NCBI GenBank assembly: GCA_020891255.1
Contig: BQFW01000014.1
Span: 1,116,001 to 1,180,000, forward strand
DNA length: 64,000 nucleotides
Direction of reading: 5' to 3'
Source of the DNA: Entomortierella parvispora E1425
Lineage: Eukaryota > Fungi > Mortierellomycota
The position numbers and the translations under genes are program-made. The notes below the pieces were generated by a model. It was given only the letters and a program-made list of their open reading frames with translations, made no database searches and had not been told where the DNA came from. Of the stretch, positions 31,973 to 44,854 are shown one piece after another; the stretch's first letter is position 1, and the number at the start of each line of letters is the position of its first letter.

Positions 31973-34506
31973 GACTTTTTTCAAGGGATGTGCTTTGATG
32001 AGGTTTTGAGGGAAGGTGCAACGGTGAGGCGGAAGGGTTGGGAGAGTGTGGAGTTGGTTGTGGAAGGGGTCGTAAATGGACAGAGAGGAGAAAGAGACGG
32101 ACTGACTGGCGAGAGACAGAGAGAATGGAAGACGAAAAAGAGAAAGAGGGAGTTGGGGAGCAAGCGCAGACCAAGAGTTGAAATACCAAGGGAGGGCAGA
32201 AAAAGGGCCGCAAGGGGAGCGAGCGGACAACTGCAACGAAATAAATATATATCCGGTTGCGGTTGGTTCATCGCCTCTTCGAGCCTGGTCCAGTGGTTCG
32301 TGGGTCTGGGTTTGTCCATTGCGGTTCTCGTGCGCCGCCTGTCCAACGAGCAAAAAACTCAACTTTAGGCCTGCTGTGAAAAACATAAACCAGAGCGGGT
32401 GGACTCTTTTCCTCTATTTTCTTTCGGAGTGACCTGCAGGTCAGTTCTTTCTGGCTCAATTTCAATATGATTTTCCCCCAGACCGATGCCTTTGAACTCT
32501 CCCACCGGCGGATGAACGATTGAGAAACATCTCATCTTTTTTTATATATTGCATTAACATACGCCTAATGCGTTCATCAGTCACCCTTCCCCCTCCTGAA
32601 TCAAGCAATTGGGCAAGTATCAAAAGGGCAATGGCGCCCACTTTTCTGGAAACGGGAAGGAGTTCAACATGTTTGTGGCTACTGTACAATAATGAAAAGG
32701 AGCGACCTCAGATCCGGCCATCTGCCATGGAAAAACCATGCCTCATTTTTTGATTGTGTGATCAGGCGTGCACCTGCCCCTGCCGCGACCCTGTTGGGCG
32801 AATGAGAGCGGTGCGATCTTTGTTCCTGACCGAGAAATTGCCCAATTTCGCCAAAAATGTTGATTGCGTTTGGTACCCTGCCGGTCCGTCTGTCTGTCCA
32901 CCGACTCAATTGCCCTCATCCAACAATTAATCAACACCCACCCCCTTGCTTTTTTTCTTATTCCTTGCTCCGCCACTGGTCCAAAAAAGATCTCCTTCCC
33001 TCTCTCTCCGACACCTTCTTCTTAAAGCACACTGCTGCGAGCTTGGCTCAGGAGATGGATGACCTGTTGCACGAACAAGTTCACCCGAGCAGGTCTCCAT
33101 GTCCGCTTTTAAAAATGATTTCAATGCAGGTCAACAGCCAAGGAGCTTGCCCTCCAAAGGAAATTCGGAACAACGATGCTGTGCCAGAGTTAGTGTCAGC
33201 GTGCCTGAGGATTTCTTTATTCGACCCTGTGATTCGTCTGAGCCCCTTCTCCCTCTCAAGTTCAGACGAGACTAACGCGTGAATATCTCTCTCTCTCTCT
33301 CTCTCTTTTTCTCTCTCCACATAAACACCACCACCAGACAGCAGTCATCTCAAGGCAGTGCAACGGGTTTCTCCTTTAGACCATGGAGATCTGAGCATTT
33401 TTTAGCAAGATAGCCCCAACTCTCTCTTTTCTTGTTGTCGTTTTTTTTTTTTTGGCACTATTCCTCCAAGCTCTGAAGTTTCGTTAGCATCGACTTGTGT
33501 AGGCTGCCAAAAGGCGATGCTCATCAGGTCCCAAGAGTCCAAAAAAGAAGAAGGAGTTTTAAAAAAAGTCATCAGCCAAACAGGGCTCAATAGAGTCAAC
33601 CGTTCTTTCTTTTGAACTTGACCCTGCTGGACCCAGTTCCCTTTTTCCCTCTTTCTCCATATCCAGCCTACAGCTACATACACCATGTCTTCAATATGTC
33701 TAAAAGAGCAAAAAAAAAAAAAAAAAAAAAGATTCAGTTGAGTGGTGATGTCTATTGTATGTATGAAAAAGGAGGAGAGCCCTCCCCGAACTGCCTCCTT
33801 TGTCCGAACCAATAATGGAAGATGTAGAAAATGGAACGTTGAGAAACAAATTCAGAGTTGACTTTTTGGCCAGGTTTACCCACCAGGGCCTGATCTGGTT
33901 CTTTGTCTTCACTGGCGAGCGAGTGAGCGGAGGATATCCATTTTTTTCTTTCATCTGTTTATTTTAACTCGACCTTTCAACAGGGAACAAAAAGGGCCCT
34001 ATCCTGGGTAAACAGGGTAAACATGTTGCTTGTGCAATCTCTCCAAAGGCCTTGTGGTCCACGTCGCAAGGGCCTCCACAGGTTCAAAATCGAGGATGGC
34101 GCGGTTCGCTCATCACCTTCAAGTTGTATCTGTATCGACATTTCGCAGTCTCTCAGAGGCATTCAACCATCAGAACATTGGGCGCACACTTCAGGGGGTT
34201 TTTTCTTGGGATATGTGGCCTCAAAGACCATCTTTAATGAGAAGAAAAAAAAAGAGAAAAACGAAATGATGAAAAGAGAAATGTACAAAGGGAATATGGA
34301 TGTTTGGTTCATGAATCGGACAATTGATAATAAAGGTGAAAAAAAAAGAGGAATCCAAGTCGAGCAAGATTGAGTGGGTGATTCACCAGGAACACACAAG
34401 GCCACTTTGCCCGTCTTTGGTCAGAGTCTCTCTTTTTTTTGTTTCGCTGAACAACTGTTCATGTCCCCAAACACAAAAAATATAAATGCTGCTCAAAAAC
34501 AGACAT

Positions 34507-36795
34507 TTAGATGCTCTTTCCGATGGTCTCAACACGGAAACCAATCTCGCGGAGCTTGGGGGCATCCAAGATCAAGCGACCATCAAAGATGAAGGCGGGC
34601 TTCTGCATAGAGTCGTAGATCTTCTGGTAATCGAGCTGAGCCATCTTGAACTCGTCCCACTCGGTGACAATAACGAGAGCGGCAGCGCCAGCGCAGGCCT
34701 CGTACGCACTATTGCAGATCTCGACGTGCTTCTCAACTATATAGATATAAAAAGAAAGAGAAAAGAGGTCGTTAGCCAACTGAAACTGAAGACTTTTGTC
34801 CCAAGAACTCAAAATGAAGACACAATTGTTCTAATCGAATTTGGTCTAGCTTACCCTCGGCCTCGTTGGTTCCAACACCGGGCTCAGTCAAGTCGAGCTT
34901 GATCTGCTTGGCGCTGACCTTGGGGTCGTAGATGGCAACGTGGGCACGCTCCTGGACGAGGTAGCTGGAGAGGGTGATAGCAGCAGACTCGCGGGTATCA
35001 CCAGTATCCTTCTTGAAGGCAAAGCCGAGAAGGGCGATGCGCTTGTGGGTGACGGTGTTGAAGAGGGTGCGGACAATGCGGTGGGTGAAGCGCTGCTTCT
35101 GGTACTCGTTCATGGTGACAACAGACTTCCAGTAAGCGGCAACCTCGGGCAAGTAGAGCTGCTCACTCAAGTAGACCAAGTTGAGAATATCCTTCTGGAA
35201 GCAAGAACCTCCGAAACCGACAGAGGCCTTCAAGAACTTGGGTCCAATGCGGGAGTCAGTACCGCAGGCATAGGCGACCTCATCGACATCAGCACCAGTG
35301 GCCTCGCAAATGGCAGAGAGGGCGTTGATGGAGGAAATACGCTGGGCAAGAAGAGCGTTGGCAGCCAACTTGGAGAGCTCGGACGACCACAAGTTCATGG
35401 TAATGACACGCTCCTTGGGGATCCAGCGGCTGTAGACATCAACCAACTTTTGCTGGGCAGCGAAACCCTCGGGGGTCTGAAGGCATCCGATCAAGACACG
35501 GTCAGGGTTGGTCAAGTCGCTGATGGCAGTACCCTCGGCCAAGAACTCGGGGTTGGAGAGAATATCGAAGCGAACGTTGGAGGTCGAGTTGGCCTCGAGG
35601 ATGGTGCGCATGCTCTGGGCGGTGCGGCAAGGAACAGTCGACTTCTCAATGACGATCTTGGGGGTGGTCGCGACCTGCGCGATGCGACGAGTGGCAGTCT
35701 CGATGTAGCTATTAATAACAAGGCAAAGATGCGTAAGTTGAATGCCTTCAGCTGATAACGTATCCGATCTCTTCCTGTCTATTTTGGCTGTCGACACAAG
35801 AATGGGCCCTGTAGGTCCTTCCCGGGCATCTTGATCCTGTCCCAGCTCCTGGTCCTATCCTGATTGCTCCTGATTCGGTAAAGTGTCCTTGAGAAAATTA
35901 AGGAGTAAAATTGCGGGAAATTTCCTGCAGGTCATGGCCCATTGTCCTATGAATCGAAGCACGTTGCTGTACAGGCTGCATGTCTCCCCGTTGACTCCTG
36001 CAAGTCCATTTGCCGACCAATTGCGTCCCTGTTTTTGCAACCACGAACTCCACCGTTCATGCAAACTGAAAACAGCTCGATAAAGTGAAGGAGAAGAGCA
36101 CTTACGCAAGATCAGCGGCCATTCCAGCGCCCATACCAGTCTTCTTGGTGGGGGTGTTGACAGAGACAAAGATGAGGTCGGCATCAATGATAGCCTGGTC
36201 AACGTTGGTGGAGAAGAACAAGTTCTTGCCACGGCGGGCAAAGACGACCTCATCCAGACCGGGCTCGTAAATAGGAAGGTTGTCCGAGTTCCAGGCATCG
36301 ATACGGGCCTGGTTCAAGTCGACAATGGTGACGTTGATGTCGTGGCACTTGTAGGCAATGACGGCGGAACTGGGGCCACCTGGAGACGCAAAGTGGAAAA
36401 AAAAAGAATAAAAACAAAGGGGTCCGTTAGCAAGTCAGTCACTCTGCAGGGTAGTGCTGATGCACAGCAGGGTGTCTTGGTCCGTGTCCGAGTATGGTAG
36501 GCTGTGTACGACCGAGAAGGGATTGATCGGGATTGCACATCCATCTGCCTTCATTCATGGTTTGTTGTTTGCATCCGCCTGTGAATCCTGCGGTGCGTGA
36601 TTACGAAGAGGGCCCCCTGGAGCGATGACTGACTGAGTTGTGGTGACCGAGCTATTATTGTTTTTCCGATGGTTCCTGAACGAGCGGCCGAGTTGGGCCC
36701 CTGTGCGAGAGGGGGACGAGGCAGCCTAGGAGGAGATGATGAACGGGAGGATCCTTACCGACGTAACCGGCACCGATGCAGCAGATGTTGACCAT
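34507..36795 (-). CDS. UGD1: UDP-glucose 6-dehydrogenase (4 exons)
   Basis: [44 protein letters not shown], catalytic [21 protein letters not shown]. Confidence 0.96.
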
Positions 36796-38970
36796 GATGG
36801 AAGAAGGAGAGATGAGGGAGAGAGGGGGAGACAGAGATGAGGAATGAAGCGAGTGATGATGAGAGAAGAGAGAAAAGAGAAGGAAAAAAAAAAAAAAAAA
36901 AAAAAAGAAGAGAGGGACCAGGTCCCACCCCGTATTTAAACCAAGCAGCCTTCAGGCCCTGTGGTTGGCCCGTCTGGGAAAGGATGTCGCAACCTTGCGA
37001 TTTCCAAAATTAGCGTTGCACGAGTGCCGTGCGAGCAAGAGTGTGTGTATCTTCTCTCTATCGTCTGGCTGGCTCGCTCTTCGCTGGTTGCTCCGGGGCA
37101 GAGCGGAGAAGATGGTGCCCTTTTTTCGCTTACTGCTCTCTCTCTCTTTCAATCGCTCGTCTTCATTTCTGCTGGCTCGACATCTGTTTCTAAACTCCTC
37201 TTTCTCGGCCTCTCTGCTCTGGATGAGCAAACAAGTGCCGTTCTTTTTTCTCTTCTTTTTTTCTTTCTCCATCTGGCCAGGGTCCCTAGAAGGCCGTTTT
37301 TCTCGTCCTCTCTTCCTTTGGTCTGTTTGCATTGAGCAGCAATTGAGCAATGGCTGGCCATCTTTTTTTTTTTGCCTCTATGTCTCTATCTCGCCAACGA
37401 AAAAGATGTACCCTGACCGAGTTCAATACCTTGCGCCTTCTTGTCCCCGACAAAGCTCCAAAAGAATAAAGGGGGAGGATGGGGAGGTGTACGCCCTTGG
37501 TCAGGGAACCCCTAGATAACATTGCGCGCCTTTCCTATTTCCAAGAATGAGAAAAATAACAAACAGCGGCGCCTTTGCACTCTGTCTGTTCATGCAGGAA
37601 CAATTTCATAAAGGAAAAAAAATTGGTGGCGGCTGGACACTCTCCCGATGTCAAGTGGAACCAGGACTGTCGAGGGAGAAAAAAGAGGAATGGACACACA
37701 ACAACAAGCAGAGGGCCCTGATCTGGGTCCACGCTCTCTTTTCTCAACCTTCATAGAGTTGAATGAAAGAAACGGAAACCCTTTAATTCTTTTTGCTCTC
37801 ACAGACCATAGAAATGGCCAGTAATTACGCTTATCCGCACTGCTCAGATTCTGTTTTTCTTTGCAGAACATGAACGGAAATTGACAGAACAAACGCATCT
37901 TCCTTGGCTGATGGGTGGTGATGGATCAGAGTAGAACGTTGCGACGACTGTTGGGGTCGTCTTCCATTCACTCGCGGATCTCCAAAGGCATCATTGTCCC
38001 CACCCCCAAGTGCGAGCGCTCTCGATCTGTTCTGCTCATTCTCGCACTTCAATAATCATTGCAGTTATTTTTATCCAAAGACGACGTGCTACCGATGTAA
38101 TGCACTTTGCATTGCTCGACCATGTTCACTTGCCAAAAGCGTTGTTGTTTTTTTCAGCTGTCAATATGTTTCCAGGGACAATACATCATAGCTGCGATTA
38201 CGAGATCAGTGTGGCTTTTCTTTGGTCTGGAACAACGAGATCCATATCCCCCAAAATAGACAATCAAACCTCTGGAACTTCACTTTTCGCCGAAGCGGCC
38301 CAGCCGTTCTTCTCAGAAGCAAGAGGGTCCAGCGACAGGTCTCACATCTCCACTTTTGTCTTTTTGATGGGCATCCCCACTCCGACTGGCTGGGTAAGGA
38401 TCGCTTATGTACGTACCTTCATCACAAACTGTTTTCGTTCGTCGATCAAGAATTTCTTAGCATTTTTCATGGCTGTCTCCCAATTCTCCAATTCATGAGG
38501 CTGTGCGCTTAAGGGAGTGCAGGGACCCCAAGGGAGGCGTTATCCGTGGGCGTTTGTGTTTTTCTTGTCAACTTGCAAATAAAGCCTGCCAAAAATATCC
38601 CACGCCGCTTGGAGCCCTGTGGAGAATATCCGTTGTTCTTTCCCTCCGGCTGTCCAGATGGCGTCAAGCGAGCATGCAAACAAACAGGCAAGGGACAAGG
38701 GACCTGGATCCTTCAATCATTTCAATCAACAAGCCAAAAGCGGCGTTGGATAAACATTGAAGAGTCTGCTTCAATGGTCAGGGCCCTATCCATTGCCCAT
38801 CAATAAAAATCCCAGGAGATGCCTAGGATATCTAGTCTTACGCCCAACCACTCTCCTCCTTGTAGCTGGCAAGGAGTTTTTGTTTTTATTCAATGGACGA
38901 ATGAGGGTAGGTGTATATCTCAAGTGTCTCCAGTAGATTGTAGAGTGTCCAGGCGTCTCATTTTTTGGAA

Positions 38971-39837
38971 TTATGAGGATGATGTTCGGAACATGACATC
39001 AATTCCAATGACATATTTGACCCCTTTCAGAACCCTAGCCGCCTCATGAATCAGATCTCGTTGGAAAACCAAGGCTTTACCGACGCCAGCGTAGACATGG
39101 ATCTTCTTCAAAGGCGGCAATTGAATCTCGTCGTCCATTAAATCCTCATCGGCATCCAACTTGGCCATCAAGTCCGGTGACAACGTTGATTCCAACTCCG
39201 AAGTCATAAAGCTGGTCTCCCCTCCCTGATAGTCCTCATTCAAGTAAATCTGAAAGGTCAATAGACCCAATCGGCCCTCCTCATCCTCGTATTCTGCATC
39301 CATGTGGGCCAGGAACTGATGTCCAGGCTCGTATTTCAAGAATCGTATCTTGGGGTCCAGTCCCACCGCAGTCATACTTCTGCCTCGTGCTGCGCTTTGA
39401 ACGTGGGGTGCCTGTGCAGGGGCGATCGAAGGGTGCACCTGCCGGTCAAAGAAATGTTCAGTTGGGATGAACTTTGAGATACGGGTCCAGAGCGACGCTG
39501 CGAATGCGGGATCGGTCACCTCTGTCCGGAGAGAGTGTCGATAGTCAGCCACATAGGACTTTGGAAAGTCTGGGGATCCTAAACTGAGAAGCTCCTTTCG
39601 GAATCCACCCAGTTCTGCAATCTCAATCAGGGACCGACACTCTTGTGGAGAGAGAAAAGAGTCGATCGTAAAGGCGATATTGTCGCTGGCACTGCCCGCA
39701 ATAGGCTGGCTACCTCCAGCAGTTTTGAGTGGGAGAATTGACGCCTGAATGGTCGAATGCACATGTGCTGTATATTCGGGGTCGAGGACTGTGACCAGGG
39801 TCGACTCCTGGACTGTGTGGGGTTGCTGGGGTGCCAT
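38971..39837 (-). CDS. Prolyl 4-hydroxylase-like 2OG-Fe(II) oxygenase (288 aa)
   Basis: IDSFLSPQEC, RFLKYEPG..F.AHMD (HxD), LTFQIYLNEDYQGGET, ALVFQRDLIHE...KY. Confidence 0.85.
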   Translation of the reverse strand: MAPQQPHTVQESTLVTVLDPEYTAHVHSTIQASILPLKTAGGSQPIAGSASDNIAFTIDSFLSPQECRSLIEIAELGGFRKELLSLGSPDFPKSYVADYRHSLRTEVTDPAFAASLWTRISKFIPTEHFFDRQVHPSIAPAQAPHVQSAARGRSMTAVGLDPKIRFLKYEPGHQFLAHMDAEYEDEEGRLGLLTFQIYLNEDYQGGETSFMTSELESTLSPDLMAKLDADEDLMDDEIQLPPLKKIHVYAGVGKALVFQRDLIHEAARVLKGVKYVIGIDVMFRTSSS

Positions 39838-39958
39838 TGCGAGCGAGTGTGGTTCTCGGGTGGATGTTGTGCTAGGTTGCTGCGGGATGGAATGAGGTTG
39901 TTAATGTTGATCGCGGAATGACCAGCACAGCCGCTGGTTTGGTTGGTGGCGCACAAAT

Positions 39959-41314
39959 TTATTGTTGCAAGCCCTGGTATCGGGGTTTGTTCACGTCGAT
40001 CTGCTTTGCATGTAGCATGAACCAGCTCGCAGACTTGTCTTGCCGGATGTACTCTAGCACTGTTCCAACCCTCCTCTGGGTCAATTCGAGCGGTGGCTGC
40101 AGCTCCAGTGGTGGTGGAGGGAAGACAGGTGTCCTTCGTGCATGACCTTGTACCGGGTTGACTCCTTCATCCTCGACTGTTGCTTGTGTCTCCATCTGTC
40201 GTTGGACCCGGTCATGAACAGTCATACACAGCTGCCAAATCGTACTCCAGTCCCAGCCACTGTTTGCCAGCAATAAGCGCTGACAAGTCTCAACCCACTC
40301 TTCCTCTTCCATGTCCTCCTTGAGATGCTCAATCTCGTGTTCAACCTCTTTCAAATCCGAGCAGAGAGACTCTAGGATCAAGTCGAGGTTGGATCCATTA
40401 CACCAATTATGGTTGATCGATATGGTATCGCCAATGTTATGGACCTGATGCCACCATCCTGAGGGCACAAAAAGAGTCTCTCCTGGGTTTTGATAGATGG
40501 TGAACCGCTTTGCAGTATGGAATAAGGGAAACTGTGTCGCATCCACGTTTTCAATATCATAGACAGTATTGCGCAAGTTGTCTCTGAAAAGATGCTCCTG
40601 TCCAGGAGGAAAGAGGGTCCATTTTTTGATCCCACAGATGTTGGCAGACCACGAATATGATCTAACCGTGAAAGGGGCGAGCATTTATCAGAGATCATTC
40701 AAACCGCCTTTGCAAACAAAAAACGAGTCAAAATACCATTCAAATTGTGCTCCTTCATACCTGTAGACATCTGCATGGAAAGGTGTAAAAGTGGCGTCTC
40801 CTCCACAGTAGACAAACCGATAATCATCATCCAGATCGGTTCTCCGGGTCCAAAACTCGTTCATCCAGTCATCCCGAAAAATTGATGGGGTCTCATAGGC
40901 TCCATAGTCAGGAAAGGCTCTTAGGAAATGATAATCCTTTAGGTAGGTCCTTGAGGGCTCGCCAGCGATGCTCCTCGCCTCCCACTCGTCCAAGAAATCT
41001 TTGAGATCCATGGTCGATCGCTTTTGATCTGTATAATCCCTGGTCGCGCAGTCTGCTACGGGCACCTCTGCAGGTTCTTGGCATAGCTGGTCCCGTAACC
41101 TTTTGAAATCTGGCTTGCCAGTGGCTGAGACTACCCACTGCTGCCGTGCTCGCCAGTGCTCTGTCAGGGCTGGCCCGATCAAGACTGGAATGTTTGGATC
41201 CAGGTACAGAGCACGGAACTGGTCGTAGGTCGGCGGTTCTTTGCAATAAGGGATGCTGCCGATCGCGCTATAGTCGCGGGGTATATGGAGCGTGTCGGAA
41301 GTAGAGGTGGCCAT
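39959..41314 (-). CDS. JMJD4: JmjC-domain lysyl hydroxylase JMJD4 (2 exons)
   Basis: YLKDYHF, DDWMNEFW, DYRFVYCG, TPFHADVY, SWSANICGIKKW, FVPSGWWHQVHN, ISINHNWCN. Confidence 0.9.
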
Positions 41315-41532
41315 GGGAGCAATGATGTTTGATCGCTCGAGGCGAAGCAACAATGAGCGATTGGAAAGTATGGTGGCAAAGAGCAAAGGAATGAATTTTA
41401 TTTTATTTTTTCCATGTGTTTCGATGACGAGTTGAATGCGGCATTGCCAGAAAACAAGACTGAGAATCAACTTGTTTCTTTCTTTCTTTTTCTCCTTCGT
41501 TTCGCTTCAATCCCATCCCATCACATTCGACC

Positions 41533-42891
41533 ATGCCTGTCTGCACACACCGTGGCTGCGAAAAGTCCTACGACGAGGCCTCCAACTCGGACGATGCCTG
41601 CACGTTCCATCCCCAGGGCCCCATCTTCCACGAGGGTCTCAAGGGCTGGTCATGCTGCACAAAGAGGGTCATTAGCTTTGATCAATTCCTCGCCATTCCC
41701 GGATGCTGCACTGGTCGCCACTCTGACATTCCCCGTGAGGAGTTTGCTCCTCCCTCGGACGAGAAGGTCGAGGTCCCTGCCTCCACTCCCTCTCCCAAGA
41801 CTGTTGAAAAGAACGGAACTGAGGTTTACGGAGCTCCTGCCGCCGTTGCTTCCCCCAAGCCCGTCATTCCCACTCCCGCACCTGCTCCCGCTGCCGCTGA
41901 GCCCGTAGTTGAGGAAGAGGACGATCTTTCCATGGCTGTGCCAGTGGGAAAGACCTGCCAGCGTCGTGGATGTGGACAAACTTATGTGTCGGAGGAGGTG
42001 TCGCGTGGAGGCAATGTTGTCTGTCAGTACCACCCCGGTAGTCCCGTCTTTCACGAGGGATCCAAGGGATGGAGCTGCTGTCCCCGCAAGGTCCTCGAGT
42101 TTGACGAGTTCTTGAAGCTCAAGGGCTGCAGAACTACCAACCAGCATTTGTTTGTTGGAGCCAAGGTAAAAACTATTGGGAAATTGATCAGATCAGGGAC
42201 CAAATATTCTTGCCATTCAAATGACGCCAGCCAGCAATTGACTAACAGAGATACGACTCATTTATATTTTATGTGTGTAGAAGGAGCAGGTTGAAGAGTT
42301 GGTCCAGTGCAGACATGACTGGTAAGAGATCGTGCATTGTGAGAGGAGCATGGACTACTAAGACCATAATTTTTTAACTTTTTTTATTCCTTTTTTGTGT
42401 AGGTACCAAACCCAAACCCACATCAACTTGTCGATCTTTGCAAAGAAGGTGGATGCCAAGTCGGCCGTGGTCGAGTTCAAGGAGCGTGAGGTGAACATTG
42501 ACTTGAAGATGCCCGATGGAAAGCGTTTCAAACTTGTCCTTCCTTTGTTCCAGCCCATCGAGCCTGCAGGAAGCACTTTCGAGGTCTTGGGAACCAAGGT
42601 TGAGATTATCATGAAGAAGGGTATGTGCTGGGTACTGGCGGTCAAATTGTATTGCCAGTTTGATAGGGTGGCGTCATGGTCGTGTGCGTTTTCTAATTTC
42701 TCGATGAATTTATTTCCATCTCACGAATTGTCATTGACCCTTTTATAGGTAACGGAATTTCATGGGCAACATTGGAGCCAAGCGAGGGAGCCAAGTGCTG
42801 GACCACGTTTGGAACCACTGGAGGAGCTGGAACTGTCGGCAGCAAGGTCATGCACCTTGCCACAGATTCGCCCCTGTATGCTGAAAAGTAG
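41533..42891 (+). CDS. CHORDC1: CHORD-CHORD-CS Hsp90 co-chaperone (CHORDC1/RAR1-like)
   Basis: Two CHORD repeats (CTFHPQGPIFHEGLKGWSCC, CQYHPGSPVFHEGSKGWSCC) plus a CS domain (HDW|YQTQTH...KVEIIMKK). Confidence 0.92.
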
Positions 42892-43109
42892 AATGTAAAA
42901 ACAAAACAACAACAGAGCAGTGTGCATATCATCAGAATCGACTCGCAAATAAAATGACATAATCAAGTGAATTCTTTTTTTTCTTTCGATGGTATAAGGG
43001 GGGGGGGGGGTGTATGTATGTTGGGATGTGCTTTCCACTATCTTTTTCTGCGAGATTCTTTTTGGAAGCACACGCGACTGACTTTGTGCGTCCTCTGTGC
43101 TTCAGGGAC

Positions 43110-44516
43110 CTAGTTGATCTTGCCAATCTTCTTGTTCACAAGTCCCAGCTTCAAAGTCGTGCGATCCACGTCGCGATCCAGCTCATCCAAAAGTTGGTTT
43201 TGGTTATCGAGTTCCTGTCCGATCGCCAAGCCGATATGCTTTTGCCGTTGGAGGATAGCATTGAACTGCTCGATATGATCGTCTTGTTGCTTCATCTGCT
43301 CCTGCTGAAGGATCAAGAGTCCCTCGTTATCGAGTCCCCGGGTCTGAGAAGTCTCTTGGGTCAGGTTCTGAACCACTCTACCAAATACTCGACGGGGGTT
43401 CATTCGACTGGAGGCACTGCTGGAGGTTAGACTTCCTCCGACCATGTTTCCACTATACGTGGACTCTGCCAGACTGCGGTTATCAGGCATTCCGCGCAAG
43501 GATCCCGGCTGCGAGTTGGAGCCGCCAGCAGCAGACGAGCTCTTGTCCACAAGCAACGCATTCCGGTCCCCAGAACTGGCTGGTACATTTCCTGCCGCTC
43601 CTTGATAACCACCGACAATGCCATCGTTCTGTCGATTCGCCAGGACGAGCTTTGTCAAGACCTCTCGTTCATCCTTGAGTTCTGCCAACATATCCGTCCG
43701 TCGTCTCAGCTCTCCATCCGACATCACGCTGCCTTTCCCGCCACCCCCCGTTTGGCCCATGGCCAAGTTCAAAAGTCCGTTCTCCAGGGTGGGGATCCTC
43801 AAACCCAAGTTGGTGAGAAGCTTCTTGCTCTGGATTGTACAATTATGAGATGCCGAGATTTCGTTCCTTCCCAAATGTGTTTCCCGTCGGTTGATCAACG
43901 ATCGCACCTCCCGCGCCATCCCTTGAAGCGTCCTGTATTCCTCGAGCCAACTCTCGGTCGTAAAGTACTGAGGCGCCGGTCCTGGATTCAACACGGGGCT
44001 CGGAGACACCGGAGACTCTGATGATGCATGCCCTCCACCTCCTCCTAGTCCGAAAAAGTTCAAATGGGACAGCAAGGAGGGCGCTGGTGAATCCCGTCCG
44101 GTCCCAGTGGCAGCAGGTCCATGCACTCCCGGTCCTCCTGCAAAGAGATTGGCCTGGGATCGACCCACAGGCACTGCCAAGAACTCGTTCCACTCGTGTG
44201 TCAATCGCCATCGATCGTCACGATGGGAGAGAATACCTCTCAAATAACTCTCCAGACCCGCTCTTCGTTCCTCCAACAGCTCCGGGTTATCCAGGGTTGT
44301 CTGCCACCAATGCTTTATGGGCAGGGCCATAGGAGGCGGGTGGTCTGGGAAGAGCTCCAGGAATCGCGCATGGAGCTGCTCAAACTCAGAGTAGCGTTTC
44401 CAGATAGACCAAGACCGCACAGCGGCGTGGACCTCGATGCGGAAGACGGTGTGGGGTTTGGGTTCAGTCCGCGTCTCATAGTCGCGGAGATAGATGGCCT
44501 GTAGAGTCTCTGCCAT
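43110..44516 (-). CDS. VAM7: Vacuolar Qc-SNARE with PX domain
   Basis: N-terminal PX (KRYSEFEQLH...LEERRAGLESYL) and C-terminal SNARE motif (QDDHIEQFNAILQRQKHIGLAIGQELDNQN); no TM segment. Confidence 0.88.
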   Translation of the reverse strand: MAETLQAIYLRDYETRTEPKPHTVFRIEVHAAVRSWSIWKRYSEFEQLHARFLELFPDHPPPMALPIKHWWQTTLDNPELLEERRAGLESYLRGILSHRDDRWRLTHEWNEFLAVPVGRSQANLFAGGPGVHGPAATGTGRDSPAPSLLSHLNFFGLGGGGGHASSESPVSPSPVLNPGPAPQYFTTESWLEEYRTLQGMAREVRSLINRRETHLGRNEISASHNCTIQSKKLLTNLGLRIPTLENGLLNLAMGQTGGGGKGSVMSDGELRRRTDMLAELKDEREVLTKLVLANRQNDGIVGGYQGAAGNVPASSGDRNALLVDKSSSAAGGSNSQPGSLRGMPDNRSLAESTYSGNMVGGSLTSSSASSRMNPRRVFGRVVQNLTQETSQTRGLDNEGLLILQQEQMKQQDDHIEQFNAILQRQKHIGLAIGQELDNQNQLLDELDRDVDRTTLKLGLVNKKIGKIN

Positions 44517-44854
44517 GGTTGGTTGGGGAAGGAGAAGAATATGGGGCGGGTGGGATGGCCTTTGTCACTGAGGGAGTGCTGTGGAGGTGGTGCAAAGTGG
44601 ATGTGCTGACAAGGGCTGTTCAGTTTGGACCACTGCAGGGGAGAGAACGAAGCAGGTCAAACTGTGGGAAGAACAGGTGGGAATACAAGTCTAGCAAAGA
44701 AGGGGGTGCTTTTTGTTCTTCTTCTTTCCTTTGTTCAGGTGGCCTGCCTTTTGTGTTTATTAGTGCCGGCAGTGGTAGAAGCGAAGGATGCAAGAGTAGG
44801 GTGATGTGAAGATGGAGGGAGAGGAGAGGAGAGGAGATGGCATGCGCTTTTCCA

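Noticed and set aside
34940-35755. Long antisense ORFs opposite UGD (also those opposite SES1 at 57288-58007 and RLI1 at 19574-20188)
   Set aside because: Typical stop-free antisense frames of highly expressed, codon-biased genes.
38010-38806. Several 85-162-aa ORFs in the UGD upstream gap
   Set aside because: Low-information composition, no motifs and no consistent splice pattern.
42998-43010. Poly-G run (13 nt); also poly-A at ~36884-36906 and many T/A tracts
   Set aside because: Simple homopolymers in UTR or intergenic DNA, common throughout the window.
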